From: Octopus vulgaris
Lineage: Eukaryota
NCBI GenBank assembly: GCA_951406725.2
Contig: OX597822.1
Location: 42,408,001-42,472,000 of the forward strand
DNA length: 64,000 nucleotides
Direction: 5' to 3'
The notes below the pieces were generated by a model. The model was not told the origin of the DNA. It saw only the letters and a program-made list of their open reading frames with translations, and did no database searches. Numbering within the stretch: the first letter of the stretch is position 1; each line of letters begins with the position of its first letter. Below, piece by piece: positions 22,644 through 36,245 of the stretch. The translations under genes were made by a program, and so were the position numbers.

Positions 22644-22906
22644 GTCCAATGACTGAAATAAGGGATTGTAAAACCCACACATTTAATGGGTTCCTTTCAG
22701 TTTTCTGCTTACCAAATCCACTCACATGGCTTGGGTCGGCCCAGGATTATGATAGAAGACACTTCTCCAAGATGCCACATTGTGGCACTGAACTCAAAAC
22801 CATGTGGTTGGGAAGCAAACTTCTTAACCTCACAGCCATGCTTGTTTACTGTTTAAACTATTAACACTTCACGATTCTCTTGTGTTACAGAGATCATCAG
22901 TAGTAT
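22644..22906 (+). repeat. Local duplicate of the IMP4 intron 3/exon 4 junction (source 25584-25846)
   Basis: ungapped match at offset 2940 with few substitutions; flanked by GTATAAATG direct repeats. Confidence 0.9.
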
Positions 22907-22983
22907 AAATGCAGCATTTTTCACATTTTGTGTTATCTTACAATATGTGTCTCTGTTGATTCATTCTTGTAATATTTTTACAG

Positions 22984-23092
22984 CTGAGACGTCAAGCCCG
23001 TTTGCGGCGAGAATATCTTTATCGTAAAGCAATTGAAGACAGACAACGAACTATTCATGAGAAAAAACAACGTCTGCTGCAGTCAATTGAAG
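22984..23092 (+). CDS. IMP4: IMP4 coding exon 2
   Basis: tttttacag|...|gtcagt; LRRQARLRREYLYRKAIEDRQRTIHEKKQRLLQSIE matches the IMP4 N-terminus. Confidence 0.95.
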
Positions 23093-23182
23093 GTCAGTTG
23101 CTTGTGATTGGTCTTGTTCCTTGTTTTTAGAAGATATTGCAATTTCAGTTACTTTTAACTTATTTTTAGATATGATTTTATA

Positions 23183-23735
23183 TAATAATAATAATGAAAT
23201 TATTGTATGCAGTGCTCAGGTGCACCACAACTTGTCAAAAGTGCGTATAAAGTATATGCAGTAATGTACAAATGTCTGGAAAGCGAACAGTGTATGAGTC
23301 AGATACATGCTTGCATGTGTATGGAGGTGAGAAAATCAGGTGTAGTGTTGGCGAATCTCAGGAAGCATGGAAGTTTTGAAGGATTCAGTGCTCTGACAAC
23401 TAACGACTGATGCCGGCAGCTTTTTCCATGCTTCAGCAACTCTTAGCATGAAAAAATGTTTCTGAAAGTCATGGGAGCTGTGCTGTTTTCTGACTTTGTA
23501 AACATGTCCACGGGTGTTAGACAGATGGAGTTTGAAAAGGTGCTCAGAGTTATTGTTTTGTAAGATGGTTAATAATTTTGTGAGTGTCTGCCAAGTCAGC
23601 TGCCAGACGTTGGAGTTTCAATGTATCCATGCCCAGGGAAGTAAGGCGTTCAGAATATGGCAAATGCCTGATGGAGGGTATTCTCTTGGTTGCACGTCAC
23701 TGAACGGCTTCCAGACGATTATTATCCTGTGCTGA
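23183..23735 (-). mobile_element. CR1-clade LINE 3' fragment
   Basis: minus translation RLEAVQ*RATKRIPSIRHLPYSERLTSLGMDTL...TRGH...HFFMLRVAEAWKKLPASVV; ends in (ATT)n. Confidence 0.85.
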
Positions 23736-24236
23736 GAGAAGCTAGAGGTTTGCTATAGCATCCTTTCATCTTGTGGGACCATCAGTGTGCACCTGAAAAG
23801 TTTTGTCTCAATCTGTGTTCATCGAATAGTGACTGTTGTAGCTATAACAGTCCATGCAGGAGTGACAATTACAGCTGTAGCAACCACATTTGTAGGTGTT
23901 ACCCATCAGTGTTGTCATGATGTTTTCTTCAGTAACGAGCCTCGACTTCTCTCTTCTTTTTAAACTCTTGCCTCCATCAAGAACAATTATTTGCAATGTC
24001 TTCCCATCTGGAGGTTTAGTCCAGTAAATATAAACCATTTACATATGAATATTTAGGGCTGATGTTTTTTCACTTTTTGAATTATTTTCTCTCACTACTT
24101 ATTCAGAACATGAGCGAGAAATTAAATTTCAGTGTGTTTTATTTTAAATAGTTACTCTTGTTTATGATAAAGTGTCATTTTTGCTTTCATTATCTCATCA
24201 TAATTTTCTATGTATTATATTTGATCTCTTTTTCAG

Positions 24237-24320
24237 AAAATGTTCCTATTGCTCCTGAAATAAGGAAAGATGCCATTAGACTCCAGAAAAGTTCAGAATG
24301 GGATGACAGTGGAGCAGATG
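24237..24320 (+). CDS. IMP4: IMP4 coding exon 3
   Basis: tttcag|...|gtaggt; ENVPIAPEIRKDAIRLQKSSEWDDSGAD; phases 1/1 consistent. Confidence 0.93.
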
Positions 24321-25830
24321 GTAGGTCTCTTGTTTTTATATATTTCGTATCGCTTTGTAACTTTGCCATTGTCATATCCTTTTATAATGTTTCATCATTA
24401 TCATTTAACGTCTGTTTTCCATGCTAGCATGGGTTGGACGGTTCGACTGCGGTCTGGTAAGCCATGAAGGCTGCACCAGGCTCCAGTCTGGTTTGGCAGT
24501 GTTTCTATAGCTGGATGCCCTTCCTAACGCTAACCACTCTGTGAGTGTAGTGGGTGTTTTTTACATGCCACTGGCACAGGAGCCAGAGCAGGCTGGCAAA
24601 CGGTCACGATCGGTTGGTGCGTTTATGTGTCACCAACACGGACGTTTGTTTTTATTCTATATCATGTTTTGTATTGTTTCGTTAAAGGAGTAGAAGCAGT
24701 GCTGCAGCCTTGAAACTGGTGGGAACGATGATAAAATAACTTAGTTGAGATTAGCTTTGTCTTTCATCCTTTCAGGATTGATTAAAAAAAGTACCAATTC
24801 AATGTAGAGAATTGATGGAACTGTAAGAATAATGTTGGACTAGATGCCTTGCAGTTATATGATCTGGCACTTTGTGTTCAGGGTTCAAATCCTGCCATGG
24901 CTTACTTGGGTGGTAAGAAATAACTTGTCATCTCGTCACTGGCATTTTCTGTGCTGTTGATAGAGTCCATGCTGTTGCAAATTTTGGGGATTCTGGTTTG
25001 AGGATATTTTTCTCTCTCCTTCCCACCTGTCTTGGAGGTTCTGAAAAGGATCATAGACACTGCCTTCCCTCTTGGCTAAAAGATTTTTTTAAAAAACTTG
25101 TTTAATACAGCAACATTAGTTTTTGCTTACATTTTATGCAAAGATTTTAAAACTAATTACTATTAAGAACCACCACTAAAAACATCATTTAATTTGGAAT
25201 TGCTTCAATTGTACAAATAATTATATTTCTTGTTAAAAAATTGAAAGCTATATGGGTATGGCTGTGTGGTTAAGAAGTTTACCTCACAATCACTTGGTTG
25301 AAGTTCAGTTCTACTGTGCAATACCTTGAGCTTCTACTATGGTTCCAGGACCCCTGGCCAACCAGTGTCTTTTCAGTGAATTTGGTTGACAGAAACTTTA
25401 TGGAAGTCTGTTATAAATGCGTGTGCCCCCATCTTCACCACGTAACAACTACTGATGGTTTGTTTACATCTCCATAACTTGGTAGCTCAACAAAAGAGAC
25501 CAATAGAATAAGTACCAGACTTTAAAAATGTGTACCATAGGTAAATTTGTTTCCCTTCAAGGAAATGCTCCAGCGGGGCCACAGTCCAATGACTGAAATA
25601 AGTGATTGTAAAACCCACACATTTGATGGGTTTCTTTCAGTTTTCTGCTTACCAAATCCACTCACATGGCTTGGGTCGGCCCAGGATTATGATAGAAGAC
25701 ACTTCTCCAAGATGCCACACTGTGGCACTGAACTCAAAACCATGTGGTTAGGAAGCAAACTTCTTAACCTCACAGCCATGCTTGTTTACTGTTTAAACTA
25801 TTAACACTTTACGATTCTCTTATGTTACAG

Positions 25831-25940
25831 GGATCATCAATAGTATGGATGATGAATATAAATCTGCTGGTATTGAAGACCCTCAGTTAATGGTCACAAC
25901 TTCACGCGATCCTAGTGCGAAACTCAAACAATTTGCGAAG
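25831..25940 (+). CDS. IMP4: IMP4 coding exon 4
   Basis: ttacag|...|gtcagt; GIINSMDDEYKSAGIEDPQLMVTTSRDPSAKLKQFAK, start of the Brix domain. Confidence 0.96.
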
Positions 25941-28090
25941 GTCAGTGATTTTCATAAAAGCTTCATTATATCAACTGTTTGTATTTTCTGGTGAACAGGA
26001 CTATAGAACACTATGAATCAAGTTTTAATCTCTAGTCATAACTCTTCAACATACCACGAGAGAGCTCTTGGATTGTATATCTTGAATCTCCTATTCAATT
26101 AAGAAGTTGCAGCTGCAAGTTGTGAACTGTCCTCAGTTGATATATATGTGTGTGTGTGAGAGAGAGAGAGATAGTCTATTAAACCTTTTCATTGCAGAAT
26201 TAGATTTCATGATTATTCCGGTAAAGATGTTAAATATCTACCAAAAAATAGAATTGGTATTTTCTGCAAGTCATATTGCCTCAATGAACTTGACATATCT
26301 CAATAGAGAATACTTTCAAACATGACATTCCACAAAGAAAAAAAAAAAAAAAAATTGGTCTATAAAACTGCTTTGTACAGTTAAGGCTAATGAAATTTTG
26401 GGTGGATATATCTGATTTCTGTAGTAAAAGGCTTAAAATAAGAAATGTGCAACAACTTCTTACATTCACTATTTCATTGCATTACCGCACTTCTTTTGAA
26501 CCAATCAAGAAGCATCTATATGGTTACTCAGCTTGCTAGAAATAGCAGTCGATTTTCCCTGAAATCACTTGCTATTGTTTTAAAGAAAAGGACAGATTGG
26601 GTAATGTGTAAGATACACTATTCCTGATGAAAGGAACTGGGAGGCCAAAGGTCTATTCAATCAGGGTTGACCTGACACTAAACAGCACATGCTTCATACA
26701 CTCAAACTTTGACACAAAGAAAAAAGGAAGGATACAACCCTCTAAAATTCTTGTCATTGATGTTGAAATTCCAATGAAGGAGCCTTAGATCTAGGTTAGA
26801 AACCAGCTCTTTCTCTATTGGCAAGCAATCTTGAAATAAAACTGAATAATGACACATTTACACATAAACACACACACAACGAGCTTCTTTCAGTTTCCAT
26901 CTACCAAATCCACTTACAAAGCTGTGGTCAGCCTAGGGCTATAGCAGAAGACAGTTGCCCAAAACCATGTGGTTGGGGAGCAAACTTCTTACCATACAGC
27001 CATGCCTGTCTCTGCATAATAGTAATAATTCTCAATAACATGTAAACCATCTGAGCAATGTGTAAGTTTTATATTAAATCTGAAGTTCTGTTTCTCTGTC
27101 TTCAGTTACACAAAAGCAATAGATATTAACGGTTGTAATAGGCAGTAAGTGTGGAAATACTACCGAGCTAAGCATATTCTATATAGAGTACTATATTCTC
27201 TCTATGCTTGAACAACAAGCAACTAAGTGTAACAAATGATTAGTGTCATAATCTTTGGTTGCTCAAGGAAACCTAACATGTATAATGTTACCAAATTGAC
27301 ATCTCAAACACTGTCACAACCTGTTACAAAGCTGAAATATTCATATATCTGCAATAGTGATGATGCTGTACACAAACATCCAACACTTAACACACTACAA
27401 CTGCTAACTCTCACATATAAGGATTTTTGGGGTTTTTTTTCACTGTCTCTTTTCTTCTACTATTTAATTACCTCTACCCCTATGAATCAGGTTCACTGAA
27501 TGAAACCACATCTCTTATTATCTCTACTGTCTTTAACTGCCCCTGCCTCCATCTGGTACTAGAAACTTTACTTAGTTTGAGACAATGAGAATGTTGTTAC
27601 ATGGTTGCTCGACCTGCTAGAAATAGCAGCTAAATCTCCCTCTCAAATCACAGTTTACTGTCTCAGAAAAGTAGGACACATTGTATAATTTGGTCCTGGG
27701 TGTACTGTCTGAAAAACAGATACAACAGTCATGACTGGATTGTCTTTTATTGTAGCAGACTTCCACCTGAAAAACAAATGCTATTTTACTTGATCCTTCC
27801 TATCTAGGACCACCTCTGGGATTCCTTCTCTGTCCAGTTTACATTCACCAATCTTGGAGGAACTGTAAAAGTCATGAGAACCCCTTCTGGCAGTTACTTT
27901 TTGTGCTGATATTATTCCTTACCATTACAGAACTCTTCTTAAGTGATGACATACTTAATCAACTTGCTAGAAATAGTGCCAAATCACTCAACACTCTGTA
28001 CAGTCTTAAGACAAGGACATATTAGTTAACATATACTTGATTTGAGTTGCTGTCTTTATTATTATTATAATTATAATTCTTTTATTGCAG

Positions 28091-28223
28091 GAAATTCGAT
28101 TAATCTTGCCAAACAGTAAGAAAATCAATCGAGGAAATTATGAACTGAAACAGTTAGTAGATGCTTGTCGTGCCAATAATGTCACTGATTTGATCCTGTT
28201 ACATGAACATCGAGGAGTTCCGG
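28091..28223 (+). CDS. IMP4: IMP4 coding exon 5
   Basis: ttgcag|...|gtgaga; EIRLILPNSKKINRGNYELKQLVDACRANNVTDLILLHEHRGVP. Confidence 0.96.
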
Positions 28224-30254
28224 GTGAGAAGCCTGCTTCAGTTTTCTATTTTTGTCCGTATTAGTTGAGATGAAAAGTTTTCATTTCTTCAAGTGTTATG
28301 TACTGAGTTTGTTCCAGCTGGTGTGGGTGGAATATTCTTATAAATCTAAACATTTGCATATTGGCGGAGACATTGCTGTGTGGTTAAATTTGTTTTGTAA
28401 TCCTGTGATTCTGGAATTGACCCCACTGCTTGGCATAGCAGTAAACGTTTCTACTATGCTTCTGTGTTGATCAGTTTTTTGTTCGATTGATGGAAACAAT
28501 GCAAAAATCCATCTTGTATCTGTGTATTTGTTAACCAGAGTGCACCACCTTGAAGAACTCTAGTTGAGTGAATCGACCCCACTATTTTTGTTTCAAGCCT
28601 GATATTTATTTTATCAGTCTCTTGCTGAACTGCTAAGTTATGGGGGCATAAACACATCAACACCAGTTGTCAAGCAGTGGTGAGGCCCAGACACTTAGAA
28701 ACACACATGCATGCACATTGTGCTTCTTTCGGTTTCCATCTCACAAGGCTTTGTATGGTCTGAGGCTGTATTAAAAGACACTTACCCAAGGTGCCATGCA
28801 GTGGTGCTGAACCTGGAACCTTGTGGTTGGGAAGTAAACTTCTTATCATAAAGCCATGCCTGCATCTAACATGAGACAAAAATGAAACTAGAGTCAGTCT
28901 GATTGACAAAACTCTTGGAGGTGGTGCTGACAGTAGTAAAAGACTTGATGGGGAATTTCTTTAACAAAAAGGAAACTTCATACATCAGTGAGTCTGAGTA
29001 ATTAACCTAAGTGAACAAGTTTATAAAACTTTCTAAAAGTTCTTAAAATATACTAGTTATTCACACCTACTCATATACAATATTGTACATCATCTTAGTG
29101 GGTTTCTTATCCCTACTTCAGTAAATATGGTGGTGTCTGTTTCACTGAGGAAGTCCAAAATATGACCAGAGTTGTCCTCCATATGTGTTAAAAGGGTTAG
29201 ATTAATGTTGGTTTCAAATTTTGGCACAATGCCAACAATTTCTGGGGAGTGGGTAAGTTGATTACATCAACCCAAGTGCTCAACTGGTACTTATTTCATT
29301 GACCCCAAAAGGATGCAAGATAAAGTCAACCTCACATGGAATTGAACTCAGAATGTAAAGATGGACAAAATGCCACTAAGCATTTTATCCTGACATGCTA
29401 ACAATTCTGCCAACTTGCTGCTTTGAGATTAGGTTAATATTAAAAGCTTACCTTAGCTGTTGCTTACAAACGGGTAGCTTGTACGTGCTTTTTCTAATTG
29501 TTTTAGGTGCCTATGTAGTCCTGAGCAGACATGGACATCCTCTCGACCCTCTTATCCTTTGACCCATTGAAACACTGAGGATGTGACTTGAAGAGCAGAG
29601 AGGACTCTATCAGCACCTGGCTGGTATTCATTACAGCTGAGTGGAGTAGAGCAATGTGAAATGACATACTTTGTACAAGTACTCAGTGTACTGCCTGTTC
29701 CAGAAGTAAAATCCATGATCCCATGATTGAGAGCCCAATGCCCTAACTACTTGGCCCCACACTCCTTCATAAAATTAGCATTTGACACTGTGCAAGGTTG
29801 TTTGTTTTCTGACGGCATTTTTATTAATAATATATATTTTTATATTCACTACATTAAATATATATAGCTCCAACCTCATTGCATAGCACATTGAGTAAGT
29901 GTTTTCTATAGTAGATTTGGGTCAACCAAAACCTCGATAAAATCAATAGACAGAAACTGGTAGCCTATCGGTGACTGTTCTTGTTATTAGGTGACACGCT
30001 TAACTCATTATCCAGTTCAACACTATGTCATGGTGTGCTTGCATGTCATTTGCTCAGTCAGTTGCTTGGTCTTTCAGTAATCAACTGTATCTATAGATGA
30101 TGAGTGGTATAAATTTTGGGGTTTAATAAAAGTCTATAAAACAAAATCAGCCTCAGTAGGAATTGTAATTATAATGTGAAGGGCCATAACTCTAAATTCA
30201 GCTAGGCATTTCAACACTAATTATGATTCTGAGTCCGCCAACATATGTGTGTGC

Positions 30255-30299
<45 letters not shown>

Positions 30300-30301
<2 letters not shown>

Positions 30302-30687
30302 TGCAGGAGTGGCTGTGTGGTAAGTAGCTTGCTTACCAACCACATGGTTCCTGGTGTCAGTCCCACTGCATGACACCTTGGGCAAGTGTCTTCTACTATA
30401 ACCTTGGGCCGACCAAAGCCTTGTGTGTGGATTTGGTAGACGGAAACTGAAAGAAGCCCGTCGTATATATGTATATACATATATATATGTGTTTGTGCTC
30501 CCAACATCGCTTGACAATCGATGGTGGTGTGTTTATGTCACCGTAACTTAGCGGTTCAACATAAGAGACCGATAGAATAAGTACTAGGCTTACAAAGAAT
30601 AAGTTCTGGAGTCGATTTGCTTGACTAAAGGCGGTGCTCCAGCATGGCAGCAGTCAAATGACTGAAACAAGTAAAAGAGTAAAAGAA
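30300..30687 (+). mobile_element. tRNA-derived SINE, family B, full length
   Basis: A box TGGCTGTGTGG, B-box-like segment, accttgggcaagtg central block, tail CCAGCATGG...TGACTGAAACAAGTAAAAGA; many decayed copies across the window. Confidence 0.88.
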
Positions 30688-31084
30688 TATATATATATAT
30701 ATTATATACGCATACATGATGTATGAGTTTGAATTCATAAAACTCTGTTGTAAAGTTTATTCACAGTTTTCACTTCCTTTTGTTGCTAGTCTGAGTTTTA
30801 CATTCTCCTTGTGTATGTCAACTATAATCATCATTTTAGGCCTGTTTTCTCATACTAGCATCATAGATTAGGTGTGTCTGTCTCAATACTGCCATTTACC
30901 TCTGGTTGTAGTCCTTCATAATCTCTTTCACTGTCTGAGATTATATCTCATTGCTTGTGTCTTGTGTCTTCCTCTCCTATCTTGTTTTCTTCCATTGAAT
31001 TGTTTGGTACTTTGTTACATCACACCACCATATAGTCAGTGTTTCCCTATTTTGCATACTATGGCTGGTTCTTCTATTGCTAGT

Positions 31085-31460
31085 GGAGGCACAATGGCCC
31101 AGTGGTTAGGGCAGCGGACTCGCGGTCATAGGATCGCGGTTTCAATTCCCAGACCGGGCGTTGTGAGTGTTTATTGAGCAAAAACACCTAAAGCTCCACG
31201 AGGCTCCGGCAGGGATGGTGGTGATCCGTGCTGTACTCTTTCACCACAACTTTCTCTCACTCTTACTTCCTGTTTCTGTTGTACCTGTATTTCAAAGGGC
31301 CAGCCTTGTCACTCTTTGTGTCACGCTGAATATCCCCGAGAACTACGTTAAGGGTACACGTGTCTGTGGAGTGCTCAGCCACTTATACGTTAATTGCACG
31401 AGCAGGCTGTTCCGTTGATCGGATCAACCGGAACCCTCGTTGTCGGAACCGACGGAGTGC
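31085..31460 (+). mobile_element. tRNA-derived SINE, family C
   Basis: A box TGGCCCAGTGG, B box GGTTTCAATTCC; copies at 52879-53233 (+) and about 41070-41337 (-). Confidence 0.85.
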
Positions 31461-31717
31461 TTCCATCCCATCTATTACTTATCTTTTTTTTTTTTCTCTG
31501 TTCATCTGTAATCTCTTGTTCATACTCGTTAGCATCCAGCAGAAGTTGCTCACTTTGTTTTCTTCTAACCTTTGCACATCCTACTTATTTAATATCCGTG
31601 CCTTGCTACCTTGCCACATTGCACCCCATGTTCAAGTAATTTATATTATTATGCTGTAAAACAGTCCCTTCAAAAGTGCACATCTTTATTTCATTCTTTC
31701 TTCTCTCTTCCATGTAG

Positions 31718-31872
31718 ATGCATTAACAATCTCTCATCTCCCCTATGGGCCGACAGCTTACTTTTCCATGTTCAATGTCATCATGAGACATGATATCCTT
31801 GATGTAGGAACCATGTCAGAAGCTTACCCACACCTTATATTCCACAACTTCGGTACACGGCTTGGAAGAAGA
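31718..31872 (+). CDS. IMP4: IMP4 coding exon 6
   Basis: atgtag|...|gtaagt; [52 protein letters not shown]. Confidence 0.96.
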
Positions 31873-32025
31873 GTAAGTGAAGTAATAATTCATGTTGATT
31901 TTTATGTTACTAAATTGCCAATCCCTGTAATTGTAGAATAATAAATGCATGCATCTATACACAAAAGAAAATTAGGGTAGAGAAAAGACTTCTTTAATCC
32001 TTTTAAAATCATGTCTCTAAGAGAT

Positions 32026-32360
32026 TGGTGAAGGCTCATGGCTTAGTGGTTAGAGCGTTGAGCTTACGATCGTGAGGTTGTGAGTTCGATTCCCAGACCA
32101 GACTGTGTGTTGTGTTCTTGAGCAAGACACTTTATTTCACATTGCTCCAGTTCACTCAGCTGTAGAAATGAGTTGCAACATCACGGGTGCCAAGCTGTAT
32201 CGGCCTTTGCCTTTCCCTTGGATAACATCAGTGGTGTGGAGGGAGAGGCTGGTATGCATGGGCGACTGCTGGCCTTCCATAAAAACCTTACCCAGACTTG
32301 TGCCTCGGAGGGTAACTTTCTAGGTGCAATCCCATGGTCATTCATGACCAAAGGGGGTCT
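32026..32360 (+). mobile_element. tRNA-derived SINE, family D
   Basis: TGGCTTAGTGG, GAGTTCGATTCC, tgtgttcttgagcaagacactt central block; related copy near 62085-62340. Confidence 0.75.
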
Positions 32361-33016
32361 CCTCAAAGAGAGTCTTGATAGTTTAAATGATGAACCTTTT
32401 GTCAAATGTACTAAATATAAACAAGCATAACTCCCTAAAGACCAGTTTAGAGAATTAACTTTTCTTTAACATTACAGACTGTGGTGTTTGTGTCTGTATA
32501 TCCTGTTACCAGAATATACAACACACTGAAACTATTAACCTCTTACTGTTTAAATTGATCATATCCAGCTCAAATGTTTTACCTGGTTTAAGTTAAAACT
32601 AGTCAAGTCTGGCCTCTCATACCAGCCATACAATGTCATTCTAAAAATAAACAATCACAACATTGATATCTTGAAACTGAGATATTGCATGATTAATTCA
32701 AAACCTTCAATAAATAAGCTTTACATTTGACAGAGTAATATGAATGTTAAATAAGTTAATTAGCTATTAGTTGAATCCAAACTTTTAAATTTGCTTTAAA
32801 AGCATTTCAGCAGATTTTTATCTTTAGAAATGTCTTGTTTTGTGTAGTAAAATACACATCTTGGGATCACGTTCACTTGAAACAAATGTAAACAAACTGT
32901 TTGTACATGATGATTGCTTTTTCTAATGTAAATATTTTAAGATAAATATGTGGATGGTGTGAAGTATTCCACATAGGTGATGTTTATATTAAAAGACGTT
33001 AAAATGATTTTTCTAG

Positions 33017-33111
33017 GTGAAAAATATTCTAAAATTTTTATATCCCGTCCCAAAAGAAGACAGTAAACGTGTTATGACATTTTCTAATTCTGATGATTTC
33101 ATCTCATTCAG
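33017..33111 (+). CDS. IMP4: IMP4 coding exon 7
   Basis: ttctag|...|gtaagt; VKNILKFLYPVPKEDSKRVMTFSNSDDFISFR. Confidence 0.96.
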
Positions 33112-33974
33112 GTAAGTTTTTCAGCAATTTTATTTTCACCCTTTAAGATATAAATCCACTTGTAACTACCACTGCTGATTCCATCATACGAAACTTCTTG
33201 TTTGAAATCTTTGATTTTTAAATTTAATCTTTTCATTGCACTTTCTGAGAACTTTGTTCCAAACACGAATTTTATAATGGACATCATTTTAATTATTGTA
33301 CTAAATCCTAAAATTCTGGATTAATTTTGAAATTAACTGAAACATAGCCAATGGAATTCTGTAGAAGTATGGTCACCAAGGGATTAGTGAGTGCAGATCA
33401 CTCTCTCTGACACAATCCTTAACTATGATCTAATGATCTACATGGTTGCTTGACTTGCTGAAAATAGCAGCCAAATCTCCCTTAAACTATACCCTTCTAT
33501 CTAAGGACATGTTGAGCAATGTCTGAATAAAAGATAGGATGATTGTGGTTGGAATGTCTTTGATCATAAGCCTGCTAGTGAAAAGAACTAGTTGTCAGTT
33601 TTAATCTAGATATTATATAATATCCATCATTGATCTATGTTTGGTCAGTCAAAAACAATAATTGGACTTGCCCTCGACCGAGGTGGAAGCTAAAATTATA
33701 TTGAACCTGATTTGTTGTCATTCAAACTATGATTTATATGGTAATAGACTCTACTGTTTGATGTTATAACATGTTTTAATATATTTTTAATGTATCAAAC
33801 TGACAAAATCTTTGCAATGACAATAGAAAGAAATAATGGTTGACATTGTAAGGGAAATAACTCATGTCTTTTCTATTTCCCAAGTAGATAGTATTTTTTG
33901 GTTGCTTTCTGATTAGAGAGTTTCCCAAAGTTTACTTTGTATTCAGTCATTTACTTCTAAATATATTTTTATAT

Positions 33975-34868
33975 AAGATGTACCCAGTGTAAGTTATGAA
34001 CACATAAGAGGTGCAGCAACATCAAAGAAAGATAACTGAGAAGGTAGCTTTCATGTGCAGCAGATGCACAGGGGCAATAAACATCACAGATGCTCAGAAA
34101 ACAGATTCCATCACACTCCAGTGGGAGAAACTAGAAGTAGTTGATAGCTTCCGCTACCTAGGTGATCAAGTTAGTAGTGGGGGTGGATGCTCAGAGAGTG
34201 TCACCACTAGAATAAGAATAGCCTGGGCAAAGTTTAGAAAGCTTCTTACCCCTGCTGGTGACAAAGGGCCTCTCACTCAGAGTGAAAGGTAGATTGTACG
34301 ATGCATGTGTGCGAACTGCCACTCCCAAACAGTTGAAGGAATCCGGGGTTGAGGTAGACCCAGGAAGACATGGCATGAGGTGGTCAAGCATGACCTTTGG
34401 GCCTCACAGAGGCAATGACGAAAGGCCAAGAAAACTGGAGATATGCTGTGACTGCAAAGACCCAGCAAATAAAGTGAGTTCATGGCTGTATCCTATACCA
34501 GTTTGGCTTAACCAGCCCCAGCCCATTCAAAAGTACCTTGGATTGTAGGGCGACCTGCTGTGCTTGAGGAGACCTATTGAGTCAAGTTCATAACATCAAA
34601 ATGAAAATCAAATGGAAATTGTAGTTGTGATACCTGTGCCAGTGACATATAAAAAGCTCCATCTGATCGTGGCCGTTGCCAGCCTCCTCTGGCCCCTGTA
34701 CTGGTGGCACGTAAAAAGTACCCACTACACTCATGGAGTGATTGGCGTTAGAAAGGGCATTGAGCTGTAGAAACACTGCCAGATCAGACTAGAGCCTGGT
34801 GTAGCCTCCTGGTTGAACCATCCAACCCATTCTAGCATGGAAAACGGATGTTAAACGATGATGATGAT
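33975..34868 (+). mobile_element. RTE-clade LINE 3' fragment, internally deleted
   Basis: LEVVDSFRYLGDQVSSGGGCSESVTTRIRIAWAKFRKL...LSLRVKGRLYDACVRTA; ends ...GCATGGAAAACGGATGTTAAACGATGATG. Confidence 0.85.
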
Positions 34869-35809
34869 ATCTTTTTAGCTTTTTTAGTTCCTCTCAGTCA
34901 TGCCTTTGTGAACGATAGCACCACAGATTTCAGGTTTCCAAAGAGTCTGTCACTGCATTTCCAATGAGGAGAATGATAGAGAATGTCTGTGTAACACAAT
35001 GTATTTGTGTTTGAGCCATTGATGTTTTGGTAGTTTCTCTCTGGCACACTCATACATATACAGTGGGCTTCTACACAGTTTCTAGCTACCAAATTTCATT
35101 TGTAGAGTATTGGTCAGCTGAGGCAACAGTAGAAGACACTTGCTCAAGGTGCAATGCAGTGGGACTGAACCCGGAACCATGTGGTTCATAAACAAGATAC
35201 TTACCACACAGCCACTCCTGCGTCTTGTGGGCAATAAAGAAATAAGAATTGAATTCAGACCCACATAGGTTCAAGGCGAACTTTGAGATATCTGGCTCCT
35301 TGCTGAACTCGAGAAGACTCGTCCTCCACAGTGGAAGTGCTAATGCTGCTCCCCCTGATGAAGAGGATTGGCCTGCAAGAGCCCCGTGCCACTTCCACAT
35401 AAAAAGCATTTGTGCCAGTGCCACATAAGAGCACCTGTGCCAATTAAAAGCACCCAGCACACTCTGTAAAGTGGTTGATGTTAGGAAGGGCATCCTGACA
35501 TAGAAACCAAACCAAATCAGACAGGAACTTTTATTATAGTTATCTGAATCAATATTGTCATTCATATTATTTCACATTGTTTAATTATTTATATTTTTTT
35601 TTTTGTGCAGTTTCTCTAACCTTTATAATATTTTACGAACTTATTTTAGATTGGTTTAGCTTTTCTGGAATATAATGACCATCAGTTATAGACATCAATA
35701 CATCACTTATATATTTACATTTTTAATTCAGCTGATATGAATTATGAAATAATTTCTGTCCTATTGTCCAGTTGTGTATTTTATGTGTTCTTTCCCTTCT
35801 CAGATTCTA

Positions 35810-36090
35810 GCAAACAACATTCAAGCGAGGTCATCGCCAGTGCAGGTGGCACGTAAAAAACACCATTTGAGCTAGGCTGTCGCCAGTACCACCTGACTGG
35901 CTCTTGTGCTGGTGGTACGTAAAACACCCACTACACTCTTGGAGTGGTTAGCGTTAGGAAGGGCATCCAGCTGTAGAAACTCTGCCAGGACAGATTGGAG
36001 CCTGGTGCAGCCATCTGGTTCGCCAGTCCTCAGTCAAATCGTCCAACCCATGCTAGCATGGAAAGTGGATGTTAAACGATGATGATGATG
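35810..36090 (+). mobile_element. RTE 3' UTR-derived short element
   Basis: same tail as 33975-34868; similar copies near 11003-11260, 24395-24640, 36745-37010, 47905-48063, 61013-61447. Confidence 0.8.
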
Positions 36091-36168
36091 AAACAAAATC
36101 TTGTTTTTAAAGTTGCAAAAGCGTGTTCTATTTAAACTGGTTTCAATTCTTTGGCTTCATTTTTCTAG

Positions 36169-36245
36169 GCATCATGTTTACTCAAAGAATGCTGAATCAA
36201 AAAAAATTGAACTAACCGAAGTTGGACCAAGGTTTGAGCTAAAAT
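36169..36245 (+). CDS. IMP4: IMP4 coding exon 8
   Basis: ttctag|...|gtaagt; HHVYSKNAESKKIELTEVGPRFELK, containing the Brix-family ELTEVGPRFEL motif. Confidence 0.96.

Noticed and set aside
22634-22864. Duplicated small ORF (also 25547-25804) as a gene pair
   Set aside because: Derived from a decayed antisense SINE-B inside the duplicated intron segment.
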